The notes beneath the pieces are model-generated. The model had not been told where the DNA came from and made no database searches. It saw only the letters and a program-made list of their open reading frames with translations. The translations under genes were made by a program, and so were the position numbers. From positions 1,410,001 to 1,442,000 of the forward strand of contig CP126532.1 in assembly GCA_030167145.1 (NCBI GenBank): DNA of 32,000 nucleotides, read 5' to 3'. Below, piece by piece: positions 17,840-26,726 of the stretch. Source of the DNA: Ktedonobacterales bacterium. GTDB lineage: Bacteria > Chloroflexota > Ktedonobacteria > Ktedonobacterales > JADMIN01. Position 1 is the stretch's first letter; the number at the start of each line of letters is the position of its first letter.

Positions 17840-18751
17840 GTGTCTACTCCAAATACCCCGGAATATCCGCCGACCGAGCCTGGATACCCAGCGCCCCAGC
17901 CAGGGTATCCGGTTGGGCAGCCTGGGTACGCGCCCGCGCCACCACCCGTGCCCGCCGCGCCACCGAAGAAGTCGCGCAAGGGGTTGTTCATCGGCTGCGG
18001 CATCGCATTGGTCGTCGTGCTACTGGCGTGCGGCGTTCTCGGATTCCTGGGCTACTCTGCCGCGCAGGCGGCGCTCCAGCCCATCAAGGCGTCGCAGACG
18101 TTCTGTAACGACCTGAAGGCGCAGGACTACACCTCCGCCTATGGCATGCTCTCAACCACCTATCAGGGGCAGGTCACGCAGGACCAGTTTACCCAGGCGA
18201 GCCAGCTCCACGACCAGATTGATGGCAGCGTGAAGACCTGCGCGCCCGCCAGCGGCAACACGTCGAGCTTCAACTTCAGCCTGGATAGCAGCAAGACCAC
18301 CGCGTCGTTCGATGTGACGGTGACACGCAACAAAGAGTTCACCGGCAAGCTCTCGCTGGTCAAGCAGGGCAGCGACTGGAAGATTGACGCGATTGATCCG
18401 GCGCTTCAGGGCACGGACCTCGGCCCGCTGCAAGTGGCGAATACCTTCTGCCAGGCGCTGGTGAAGGGTGACTACCAGACGGCGTACAACCAATTCTCGT
18501 CCGACCGGCAGGCAGCGTTTACTGAAGCGCAATACGCCGCGCAACTGGCGCAGGCGCTGGGGACGGGCGCATCCATCACCGGCTGCACACCGAACCTGAG
18601 CACGTATAGCGTCAGTGGGACGACCGCGACGCTCGATTCGACGCTCAACGTTTCCGTGCAAGGTCAGACAGTTCCCGTACCGCAGACCGTGACGTTCACC
18701 AAAGAAAACGGTGTCTGGAAGATCAGCAACCTTCAGAACAAGGTCTCCTAA
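17840..18751 (+). CDS. Single-pass membrane protein with Pro-rich cytoplasmic tail and two tandem NTF2/DUF4878-like ectodomains
   Basis: The track ORF starts at TTG 17822, but AAAGGAG (17828..17834) precedes GTG 17840. The tail has a PGYP repeat (EPGYPAPQPGYPVGQPGYAP), followed by TM GLFIGCGIALVVVLLACGVLGFLG. Two homologous ~110-aa units each begin TFC(N/Q)-L-K-DY..AY. Confidence 0.8.
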   Translation: MSTPNTPEYPPTEPGYPAPQPGYPVGQPGYAPAPPPVPAAPPKKSRKGLFIGCGIALVVVLLACGVLGFLGYSAAQAALQPIKASQTFCNDLKAQDYTSAYGMLSTTYQGQVTQDQFTQASQLHDQIDGSVKTCAPASGNTSSFNFSLDSSKTTASFDVTVTRNKEFTGKLSLVKQGSDWKIDAIDPALQGTDLGPLQVANTFCQALVKGDYQTAYNQFSSDRQAAFTEAQYAAQLAQALGTGASITGCTPNLSTYSVSGTTATLDSTLNVSVQGQTVPVPQTVTFTKENGVWKISNLQNKVS

Positions 18752-18783
18752 CGCCGCGCAGGCAGGCCACTGAATGCCATGCG

Positions 18784-18834
18784 ACACGCATCCCCGTCTC
18801 GCGGAGCTGGCTCCGGCGGCGCGGGGATGCGTGT
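18784..18834 (+). terminator. Candidate intrinsic terminator hairpin after the 17840..18751 gene
   Basis: Perfect 13-bp arms ACACGCATCCCCG (18784..18796) and CGGGGATGCGTGT (18822..18834) enclose an inner GGAGC/GCTCC stem. The hairpin starts 33 nt after the stop. It is followed only by TATT, a weak U-tract. Confidence 0.4.
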
Positions 18835-19018
18835 TATTCGATGAAGCCTGCTGTGCGCCCGCCGGGCGTCCGCCGGACGCCCCTACGGTACGATTTGCGG
18901 CGTATCAGTCATACTACGGTGGATTGCGCGGCGTGGAAGGAGTATCATGGCGCCAGACCACGCCCACGGGGTGGCCCCGTTGTTGATCTGAACCTTCGCA
19001 AGCATCGAAGCGCTAGAG

Positions 19019-20500
19019 ATGATAGAGGAGCGTCCATTGTCAGTGCCGCGCCCTTCGCGGGCCTCCGTTTCGCCGCGCACCGTGTCGCTTGGGTTTGCCG
19101 TTGTCGCGCTCGGCGTGGCGCTCTTGCTGCTGCTGGGCCAGCGCGGCGTCTGGTCCGCCGACTTCGCGGGCAGCTATGCGGCGACGCGAGCGCTCATGGA
19201 TGCGCCATCGGCCAATGTCTACGATTACGCGACGCTCTCGCTGCTCAACGCCAGCCATCAATACGCACATGGCGCGATCTCGCCCTTCACCTATCCGCCA
19301 TTCATGCTGCTGGCGCTGCGCCCGCTGGCGCTGCTGCCCTTCGACGCGGCGCATGGCGTCTGGCTGGCGCTGATCGTGCTCTGCACGCTGGCGACGGCGT
19401 TCTTTCTGGCGCGGGCTGTCGCCGCGCTGGCCCAGCACGTAGCGCAGGCCGACAATAGCGCGGGAGCGTCGCCGTTCGCCACGTTCCTCGCCAACACGTC
19501 TGTGCTCCTGGGCCGTGTGGAATTCCCCGCCGCGCTCTTCGCGGTCTTCGCGGGCGTGCTGCTGTTGGCGCTGCCCTTGCTGGATGCAGTCTACTGGGGG
19601 CAGGCCCAGGTCATCGCGCTATTCTTGATTGCCGTAGCGCTCGACGCGCATCTGCGTCGCCGTTCGCTGCTCGCGGGCATCGCGCTGGGGCTGGCGAGCG
19701 GCTTCAGCTTTGCCGCGTTGGCCGTGCTGCTCTGCTTCGTCCCGCGCGGCGCGTGGAAGCTGCTGACGGCGGCGGTCGCCAGCGCCGTGGTGGTGGCCGT
19801 CGCGCCGCTGCCGCTCGTCTCGCTCAGCGGCTATCGCGCGCTTTTCACCGAGACGCGCTTCCTGAGCGGCGTCTACGCGACCAGCACATTTAACAACTCG
19901 CTGCGGGGCCTGTCTGCCAATGCCCTCGTCGTGACATTTCATACAGGCGCCAAGTCGTTTCTCTCGGCGGAGAAGGTCGCGACGTGGGGTGTGTATGCCG
20001 TGGTCGCGCTGACCGTCATCGTCCTTGCGTTGAGCGCCCTGCACTATGTTGCGCGGCGCAGCGTGTGGAGCGAACGCGGCATGTGGGTGGGCATCGCCGC
20101 TGTGCTGGCAGCCTGGGTGCTGGCCGTGCCAGTAAGCTGGCCGTTCGATGCGTTCCTGGTCGCCCCCGCCGCGCTGATGCTCGGCAGTATTCCGCTCATC
20201 GAGCGCCGCACTGGCGCACGCTCCTTCGCGGATGGCCTGGTGCTGTCCGCTGCCGCGCTGGCGCTGCTGCTGCTGATCGTGCCCACGGCGCTGGGCATTG
20301 ATGGCCAGGAGATCGCCCAGGGCACGCCGGGACGCTGGCTCTACCTGCTGCGCCCCATTGCAGCGTTGCTGGTCTGGGCGGGCGCGCTCTTCGCGCTGGT
20401 GGCCCCGCACATAGCTCCCGTGCTGGCGCGAGTCTTGCGCCGCCGCCCGCGCGCTCGTGGCGAGCGATCCGCGACGACGGCCACAGCCGCCGCCGAATAG
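19019..20500 (+). CDS. Polytopic membrane protein, GT87/DUF2029-like GT-C glycosyltransferase
   Basis: 493 aa with more than 10 TM helices. The N-terminal loop SADFAGSYAATRALMD...NVYDY...ISPFTYPPFMLLALRPLALLP matches the DF..YY/..F.YPP pattern I associate with polyprenol-P-mannose-dependent GT87 enzymes. An alternative start is TTG 19037, 6 nt after GAGGAG. Confidence 0.75.
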   Translation: MIEERPLSVPRPSRASVSPRTVSLGFAVVALGVALLLLLGQRGVWSADFAGSYAATRALMDAPSANVYDYATLSLLNASHQYAHGAISPFTYPPFMLLALRPLALLPFDAAHGVWLALIVLCTLATAFFLARAVAALAQHVAQADNSAGASPFATFLANTSVLLGRVEFPAALFAVFAGVLLLALPLLDAVYWGQAQVIALFLIAVALDAHLRRRSLLAGIALGLASGFSFAALAVLLCFVPRGAWKLLTAAVASAVVVAVAPLPLVSLSGYRALFTETRFLSGVYATSTFNNSLRGLSANALVVTFHTGAKSFLSAEKVATWGVYAVVALTVIVLALSALHYVARRSVWSERGMWVGIAAVLAAWVLAVPVSWPFDAFLVAPAALMLGSIPLIERRTGARSFADGLVLSAAALALLLLIVPTALGIDGQEIAQGTPGRWLYLLRPIAALLVWAGALFALVAPHIAPVLARVLRRRPRARGERSATTATAAAE

Positions 20501-20681
20501 CGCCCCGTAGAACTGCGCGCCTGCTACTGAGGGACCTGAATACAAGAACCCTGATCCTTCGTGGGAACATGCAGCGCAAGCGATTTCCACAAGATGGCTG
20601 TGTGTTCGCACGGTGATATGATGTGTGTACAGCGTCATGTGAAGCCCGCACTTGACCACTAGCGCTCGGGAGCAACGTCGT

Positions 20682-21083
20682 ATGGGAACCACCATCATTC
20701 GCCGTCCAGACAAGGGCCTCACCATTACTGGAACCCGCGTGACCCTGTATGCGCTCATGGACTACCTGCGCGCCGGATGGACCGCTGACGACATTCGCGC
20801 CTGGCTGGACCTCACTGATGAGCAATTGCGCGTTGCCCTTGACTACATCGCTGCCCACCGTGGTGCCGTCGAGGCCGAATATGCTGCCGTGCTGAGCGAA
20901 GCGCAAGAACACGAGCAATACTGGGAAAAGCGGCTGCGAGAGCATCTTGCTCGCAAAGGACGCCCAGTGCCCGCCCCTGGGAAAGTCGCGCTCTACGCCA
21001 AACTTGCGGAACAACGGGCGCGTACTATTCGCGAACTGGCTGGTGAGCCGACTGATGTGATAGACGACGTGCCCCAGTCGTGA
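20682..21083 (+). CDS. DUF433-domain protein (putative antitoxin)
   Basis: ATG 20682 lies after GGGAG. The sequence ITGTRVTLYALMDYLRAGWTADDIRAWLDLTDEQLRVALDYIAAH is typical of the DUF433 helix-turn-helix-like fold. It has a C-terminal charged helical extension. Its stop overlaps the next gene start (GTGA). Confidence 0.8.
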   Translation: MGTTIIRRPDKGLTITGTRVTLYALMDYLRAGWTADDIRAWLDLTDEQLRVALDYIAAHRGAVEAEYAAVLSEAQEHEQYWEKRLREHLARKGRPVPAPGKVALYAKLAEQRARTIRELAGEPTDVIDDVPQS

Positions 21084-21478
21084 TAACGTTGCTCGCCGAC
21101 CATAATGTGGAGGGGCAAGCGCACCTTCTTTTCGGCGCACTCCAATCACTTGGGTGGGCGGACCTGCTCGACCTCCACCTGGCGACATTCGCGGACATTG
21201 GCCTCACCGCCGCAGCGACTGATCGTGAGGTCTGGCTGCGAGCACAGGCAGATGGCATGCTCTTGCTTACCGACAATAGAAACAAAAGTGGACAAGATTC
21301 ACTCGAACAAACGCTTCTAAATGAGCCGTCAGATATGTTGCTGCCAGTACTCACCGTTGGGCGCGCACAGCGTCTCTTGATTGACCATGCCTATCGTGAG
21401 GCGTGCGCGGAGCGGATAGCCGAGATTGTGCTCGATTTGGAGACATATCGAGGCATTCCACGGCTCTACATCCCCTGA
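21080..21478 (+). CDS. DUF5615/Mut7-C-like PIN-fold protein (putative toxin nuclease)
   Basis: The GTG start overlaps the upstream stop by 4 nt. MITLLADHNVEG... and TDREVWLRAQADGMLLLTDNRN match the LLxDxN ... D.E.. ... hhhT.D pattern of DUF5615 partners of DUF433. Confidence 0.7.
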   Translation: MITLLADHNVEGQAHLLFGALQSLGWADLLDLHLATFADIGLTAAATDREVWLRAQADGMLLLTDNRNKSGQDSLEQTLLNEPSDMLLPVLTVGRAQRLLIDHAYREACAERIAEIVLDLETYRGIPRLYIP

Positions 21479-21510
21479 TCCAGTAACATATTCGTAATTG
21501 GAGCAATGTT

Positions 21511-22008
21511 GTGAACGAAACGAAAGTACATCCGCTTGTCGAAGAAGCTCTCGCACGGTATGACATGACGTATACCGTACTTGAGTGTCTGCCAGAACTT
21601 GCCGATACCGCCGCCTTCTGTGAGCATTACCACGTCGCGCTTGACCAGGCCGCCAACACGATTTTGGTCGCGTCACGAAAAGTGGAGCCAACGCGCTATG
21701 CCGTGTGTGTGGCGCTTGCCACGACCCGGTTAGACGTGAATCAGAAGGTCTGTGAATTGCTAGATGTGAAGAAAGCTTCCTTTGCTGACGCGGAAACGAC
21801 GACGCGGCGCACCAGCATGTTGGTTGGTGGCGTCACCGCCATTGGCATCAGTGATGCACCCATCTACATAGATCGCGCTGTCATGCGACAACCCAAAGTC
21901 GTCATGGGTGGTGGCAATCGCTCAAGCAAGCTCCTCCTCAATCCACAGGAACTGCTGAAGCTGCCACATGTGCAGGTCGTCGAAGGTTTGGCCCGGCCAT
22001 GGGAATGA
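21511..22008 (+). CDS. YbaK/EbsC/ProX-type aminoacyl-tRNA editing (deacylase) domain protein
   Basis: GTG 21511 follows GGAG. tRNA_edit-like features are ANTILVASRK, YAVCVALATTRLD, SMLVGGVTAIG and VVMGGGNRSSKLLLNPQELL. Confidence 0.8.
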   Translation: MNETKVHPLVEEALARYDMTYTVLECLPELADTAAFCEHYHVALDQAANTILVASRKVEPTRYAVCVALATTRLDVNQKVCELLDVKKASFADAETTTRRTSMLVGGVTAIGISDAPIYIDRAVMRQPKVVMGGGNRSSKLLLNPQELLKLPHVQVVEGLARPWE

Positions 22009-22023
22009 TAGGCGTTGCTCGCG

Positions 22024-23433
22024 TTACGCCGCTGGCAGGCTGTAGGCGTGCAGGTCGCCGGGCACGGTGCCCACGACCACCATTCCGCCGACGATGGCGA
22101 TGCCGCCCCAGAGCGGCCCGGTGAGCGGCGCGCTCCACACCTTGCGCCCGGTGTTCACGTCGAAGCCGTAGATGCCGTTGTTATCGGAGATGAAGAGCAC
22201 ATTGCCGCTGATCGCGCCGGGAGAGACCACCTGCGACGCGGTGCATTGCCGCCAGAGCGGCGCGCCGGAGCGCGCATCCAGCGCCCAGACCGCCCCCTTC
22301 GGGCAGGCATTATCGAGCGTGGGGCCACCCGCGACATAGATCACGCCGTTGCGGTAGGCCGGCGGTTGATAGATGCCGGAGAAGGAAAGATACCCCGCGC
22401 CGGTGATGCGCGTGGCCCAGGCCAGGCGCGGCTGCCCGCCGGGAGATGTGGGTGGCACAACGGAATACACCACGCCATACTTGTTGCCCGCCACGACATA
22501 CGGCACACCGCCATAGGTGAAGCTCACCGCGCCCTGGCCGAAGTCGAAGTCGTCATCATGATGAATCGCGGTATAGCGCCATTGTGTCGCGCCGGTGTCC
22601 CAGTCTAGCGCAAGTATCGCGTCTTCGTCGGCGATAACTGGGCCAAATGGACAGGCGTTGCTGGTCGTCACCAGCAGCGCATGTTGCGCGGGATCGGCGC
22701 TGATAGATGACCAGACGCCGCCGCCGAGTGTGTCTGCCGGAGTTGTCCAGTGCGTCCACTCGATAGCCCCCGTCGCCGGGTTGAGCGCGAAGACACCGCT
22801 GCGAATGCAGGGGTTATCCTCACGCGAGGCCAAGCCGATGTAGAGTTTACCGTTGACCAGCAGCGGCGAACCCCAGATAAACGCGCCTTGTTGCGGGTCA
22901 CCAAGCTGGATATTCCACACGCCTTTGCCAGTCTGCGTATCCACGCCGTAGACGCGCGCATCGGGCGTGCCGAAGTAGGCCATGTGCGTCGTCGGGTCCA
23001 CCGCGACGGATGAGGTGAGCAGCGCGCCGTAGGGGTTCTTCAGCACCTCGAAGCGCCAGCGTGGCGTGCCGGTGCGCAGATCGAAGGCGTAGAGGAACTT
23101 GCCCGTCGTCGCATAGAGCGTGTCGCCGACAATCGCCGGCGTCGAAGAGAACGGACCAACCGGGCTATGGTACGTCCAGAGCGGGGCGAGCTGGCCAGCA
23201 TTGGCGGTAGTGATGCGCGCGGTGGGATTCGCGCCTGTGCCATAGACATCGTAGCGAGACTGTGTCCAGTCGCCTGGATTGACTGGCGACACCACGTTCA
23301 CCGGCGCGCCTGTCGTGACACCAGGCGCCTGCCCCGCGAGCGCGAAGATGCCACGCGCCATCGCCGCCAGCACGACGACGCCGATCAGTCCCCACACGAA
23401 TGTATTCCAGAGTGGTTGCTTTGCAGTCCGCAT
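22024..23433 (-). CDS. PQQ-like (BamB-type) beta-propeller repeat protein with N-terminal membrane anchor or signal
   Basis: GGAAGGG RBS precedes ATG 23433 (MRTAKQPLW...). TM/signal segment FVWGLIGVVVLAAMARGIFALA. Repeated blades follow the pattern ...P.V.G..LY.....G.LYA.D..TG...W. Confidence 0.85.
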   Translation of the reverse strand: MRTAKQPLWNTFVWGLIGVVVLAAMARGIFALAGQAPGVTTGAPVNVVSPVNPGDWTQSRYDVYGTGANPTARITTANAGQLAPLWTYHSPVGPFSSTPAIVGDTLYATTGKFLYAFDLRTGTPRWRFEVLKNPYGALLTSSVAVDPTTHMAYFGTPDARVYGVDTQTGKGVWNIQLGDPQQGAFIWGSPLLVNGKLYIGLASREDNPCIRSGVFALNPATGAIEWTHWTTPADTLGGGVWSSISADPAQHALLVTTSNACPFGPVIADEDAILALDWDTGATQWRYTAIHHDDDFDFGQGAVSFTYGGVPYVVAGNKYGVVYSVVPPTSPGGQPRLAWATRITGAGYLSFSGIYQPPAYRNGVIYVAGGPTLDNACPKGAVWALDARSGAPLWRQCTASQVVSPGAISGNVLFISDNNGIYGFDVNTGRKVWSAPLTGPLWGGIAIVGGMVVVGTVPGDLHAYSLPAA

Positions 23434-23810
23434 GACCAGCCCTTCCAATGCTGCTACGTATCAGTGTTGCGTATCTCTTTATGACATACCTGCCGTGGAT
23501 GATTGCCGGTATCCTGGCCCGTGTCGCACGCTGCCAGCCACCGCGCCAGTGTATCATGAGCGTACACCGCGCGAAAGCGCCGTAGGCCACCCTGGGCCAT
23601 CGCGTCCCTAAGAGTTGATTAAGAGAATGCGCCAGAATGCGTGTTTATGCCGTCGGTTGAATTGACGCTCGCAACCGCCTATGCTACAGTTCATGTATGG
23701 AGAAGGTAGCGCGACGTGACATAATTCGCTGGCTCGTGGGGACGCGGGTGCGCGCTACTCCTGGAATGTCGGGCACGCAGTTTGACCTGTGGAACAGCGA
23801 GGATGCACTT

Positions 23811-24377
23811 ATGTTCGTGCAACGCCTCAAAAACTGGGTGAACCGCCTTCTCACCCGAATCAGGAATCGGTTCCGGTCCGTCACACCACCGGCGCGGGCG
23901 CAACAGCCCGTTCACGCGGGCGCGCAGGCCACCACTGCGCGTGCGGCCCCAGCGCCAACCCTAGGACGCTGGCTCGATGATGGGCGCCGCTTGCGTCCCC
24001 GTCTGCGCCGCGCCACGCCGAGTGAGCCGCCCCGCACCGGTCGCGCCGCAGAGTCTCGCTCTGGTGGCATGCCCGTTCCGCAGCGCGAGGCCGCGCTTCC
24101 CAGCCGCTCGCGTCCGCTCAAGGGCGACGAAAGCGCCGCCCCCGCCGCCGTGACGCCCGCTACGCAGGTGCCCGCGCGTCCAGCGCCACCCGCACAGCCG
24201 GTGATTATCTCCGCTGCGTTCGAGGAAGCCGCTGGCGCAAGCGAGGAGCAGCGCAGTCTGAGGTCGCTGAAGTACCTCGTGCGCATCGGCCTCTACAACG
24301 AGGGTTTCACGTCGTCGCAGGTTCCCGACCAGTATCAGCACAGCCTGGGACTGGACGAGACGCCGCCGGAAGCCTGA
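23811..24377 (+). CDS. Hypothetical Arg/Pro/Ala-rich protein with a short ordered C-terminal segment
   Basis: The track ORF runs 23697..24377. GAGGA lies 7 nt before ATG 23811 (MFVQRLKNWVNRLL...). GC3 bias is consistent with coding, and only the termini look ordered (LRSLKYLVRIGLYNEGF). I recognise no homology, and the start is uncertain (23697, 23766 or 23811). Confidence 0.4.
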   Translation: MFVQRLKNWVNRLLTRIRNRFRSVTPPARAQQPVHAGAQATTARAAPAPTLGRWLDDGRRLRPRLRRATPSEPPRTGRAAESRSGGMPVPQREAALPSRSRPLKGDESAAPAAVTPATQVPARPAPPAQPVIISAAFEEAAGASEEQRSLRSLKYLVRIGLYNEGFTSSQVPDQYQHSLGLDETPPEA

Positions 24378-26480
24378 TTACCAGCCAGCGCTGCCCGCTG
24401 CCGTGGCCGCGATGCGGAGCAGTTCCGCCACACTCCATGCCTGCGCGATACATCCGGCGGGCAGATATGGCGGCGCGCCCGACGCAATCTCGCTGATAGT
24501 GCCGATTCCCGCCACGTGCAGATGCGCGCGGAACGGTTCGAGCAAGCCACGCAGCAGCCGGGCATCCACCGCGCCATACACCCTGGCGTGGGCGTCAACA
24601 TAGGCCCCCAGCAGCCACGGCCAGACCGTCCCCTGGTGATATGCGCCATCCCGCGCCCGCTGGTCGCCGCCGTAGACGCCCACGAAGCGCGGGTCTTCGG
24701 GGCTGAGCGTGCGTAGCCCCAGCGGCGTCACTAGCTCGCGTTCGATGAGGCTCAGCAGCGTGCGCGCCTGCTCATCGGGAATCAGCGGGCGGGCGAGCGC
24801 CAGCGCGAAGAGCTGGTTCGGGCGCAGCGCCGCATCCACCGCGCCCGCCTGCCCGTTCACATCCACCACGTCGTAGAGATAGCCGCCCGCCGCATACCAG
24901 AAGCGCGCCAGAAAGCTCTGCTCCACCGCGCTTTTTAGCGCCTGGTAGCGCGCCGGATCGCCTCCGAGTCGCGCGGCCCACGCCGCCGCCAGCCCCAGCG
25001 CCCGATACCAGAGCGCATTGATCTCCACTGGCTTGCCCCAGCGCGGCGTCACCACCCAATCGCCTACTTTGGCATCCATCCACGTCAGTTGCACGCCGGG
25101 CGCGCCCGCGCGCAGCAGGCCATCTGCCGGGTCCACGTCGATGCCGTAGCGCGTGCCGCGCACATGCCAGTCTATGATCTCCGCGATTTTGGGGAAGAGC
25201 GTGTCGAGCAGCGGCCAATCCTGGGTCGCGTCGAGGTACGCGCTAAGCGCATGCACATACCAGAGCGTCGCGTCCACCGTGTTATATTCCGGCTCCATGC
25301 CGCTATCGGGAAAGCGGTTGGGTATCATGCCCTGGCTGAGGTAGCGCGCGAAGGTCAGCAGCAGCCCGCGCGCTTCGGCGTAGCGCCGCGTGGTGAGCGT
25401 CAGCCCCGGCAACGCGATCATCGTGTCGCGGCCCCAATCGGTAAACCACGGATAGCCCGCAATCACCGTCACCGAGGCGCCGTCTGCCGCCGTCCCCTGC
25501 GTGTCTGCGGCGTCCGGTGGCCGCGCGACGAGAAATTGGTCGGCGGCCAGCGTCAGCCGCGCCATGAAGTCATCGCTCTGGATCGTCTCGCCCGCCCGCG
25601 CCAGCAGCGCCGCCTCACGCGCACGTTCGCGCGCCAGCGCATCCGCCGTCACCGCTTCGTGCGTGTCGCCGCCGATACCCGCCAGATGCACTGGTGGCGC
25701 GGCTTCGGCGGAGAGCACGAGCGTCGCCGTGTCGCCCGGCGAGAGCGTCAGCGCGAATGTCCCTGGCATGTAGGCGTCCTCGGTAGCGGGCAGGCCGCGC
25801 GCACGCTCGGCGCGGTGGAAGAGATGCCAGTTCCACTCTCCGGTGGGCGTGAAGTGCGCATTCGGCCCGGCAATCAGCCGATAGGGATGCGCGTCCGCGA
25901 AGGCGCGGACGGTACAGGCCGACGGCGCAGCCTCCACCAGGAAATGCCAATCCGCCGCGCCCGTGGTGACGCCGTGGTGGTCGCGGTCCAGGCAGAACGG
26001 CGTAACCGCCAACGCGACCGACTGGCTAACTTCCGCCGCCATGTAGCGATACTGGACGAAGGTGATATTGTAGCCGTGTTCCATCCACACGCGCTTTTCC
26101 AGCGTCATCCCGTCGCCAAGCCGATACGTCCAGCGCGGGATACTGCCATCCAGCGCGAAGCCTGCCAGCCGCTCGTAGCCGCGTGGGTAGATGGTACCGT
26201 CGGCGTACTCGTTCGTGCCGAGCGCGATCACGCTGCCACCGGCGAGCGTCGCCGTCTCGTCCACCTTCGCCACTAGCACCGCGCGCTCCGTGGGTGGGCG
26301 CACCGCCGCCACCAGCAGCCCCGAATACGCGCGGGTCGTCGCGCCGCAGACGCTGCCCAGCGCATAGCCGCCCAGCCCGTTCGTCACCAGCCACTCGCGC
26401 GCAAGGTCCGCATCCAGGTCGCTAAGCGTGGCCGGGTCGAGCCGCAGTTCAGGGAGCGGCGACGGGGTTGGGCTGGTCAT
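24378..26480 (-). CDS. Glycogen debranching enzyme, amylo-alpha-1,6-glucosidase type (GDE_N + GDE_C, GH133-like)
   Basis: AAGGAG RBS precedes ATG 26480 (MTSPTPSPLPELRLD...). Family blocks are EWLVTNGLGGYA..TTRAYSGLL, IAGYPWFTDWGRDTMIALPGL, LTWMDAKVGDWVVTPR.GKPVEINALWY and AYHQGTVWPWLLG. The 967-aa track ORF is an artefactual upstream extension. Confidence 0.9.
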   Translation of the reverse strand: MTSPTPSPLPELRLDPATLSDLDADLAREWLVTNGLGGYALGSVCGATTRAYSGLLVAAVRPPTERAVLVAKVDETATLAGGSVIALGTNEYADGTIYPRGYERLAGFALDGSIPRWTYRLGDGMTLEKRVWMEHGYNITFVQYRYMAAEVSQSVALAVTPFCLDRDHHGVTTGAADWHFLVEAAPSACTVRAFADAHPYRLIAGPNAHFTPTGEWNWHLFHRAERARGLPATEDAYMPGTFALTLSPGDTATLVLSAEAAPPVHLAGIGGDTHEAVTADALARERAREAALLARAGETIQSDDFMARLTLAADQFLVARPPDAADTQGTAADGASVTVIAGYPWFTDWGRDTMIALPGLTLTTRRYAEARGLLLTFARYLSQGMIPNRFPDSGMEPEYNTVDATLWYVHALSAYLDATQDWPLLDTLFPKIAEIIDWHVRGTRYGIDVDPADGLLRAGAPGVQLTWMDAKVGDWVVTPRWGKPVEINALWYRALGLAAAWAARLGGDPARYQALKSAVEQSFLARFWYAAGGYLYDVVDVNGQAGAVDAALRPNQLFALALARPLIPDEQARTLLSLIERELVTPLGLRTLSPEDPRFVGVYGGDQRARDGAYHQGTVWPWLLGAYVDAHARVYGAVDARLLRGLLEPFRAHLHVAGIGTISEIASGAPPYLPAGCIAQAWSVAELLRIAATAAGSAGW

Positions 26481-26726
26481 GGCCACGCTCCTTGCAGGGT
26501 AAGCAAGCAAAACACTTAAGCGCAGTATACACTCTAGCACGTGCCTTTGCCGTGTGATAGGAGCGAGAAACGCTGACTGCTGCGGACTCCTGACCCTTTC
26601 GATTGTGTCCATCCCGCGCCCACTGAATATGTAAATCTGCAGCAGTGTGAACACTTTGCATCTGTGCCTGTATCTCATATCTTGAAGGGTGAAGATGCTG
26701 GAGTATGCGGGCGTGGGTGAAGAGCA

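Noticed and set aside
17677-18003. 108-aa minus-strand ORF with Gly/Pro/Tyr repeats
   Set aside because: It is the mirror image of the PGYP-repeat region of the plus-strand 17840..18751 gene, which has an RBS, a TM helix and duplicated domains.
19619-21188. Long minus-strand ORFs 19619..20758 (379 aa) and 20196..21188 (330 aa)
   Set aside because: They are antisense to the polytopic GT87-like gene and the DUF433/PIN pair. The composition is extremely Arg/Gly/Gln/Pro-rich with no domains.
25089-26276. 395-aa plus-strand ORF antisense to the debranching enzyme
   Set aside because: It is an Arg-rich shadow ORF. The minus-strand frame carries multiple GDE family blocks.
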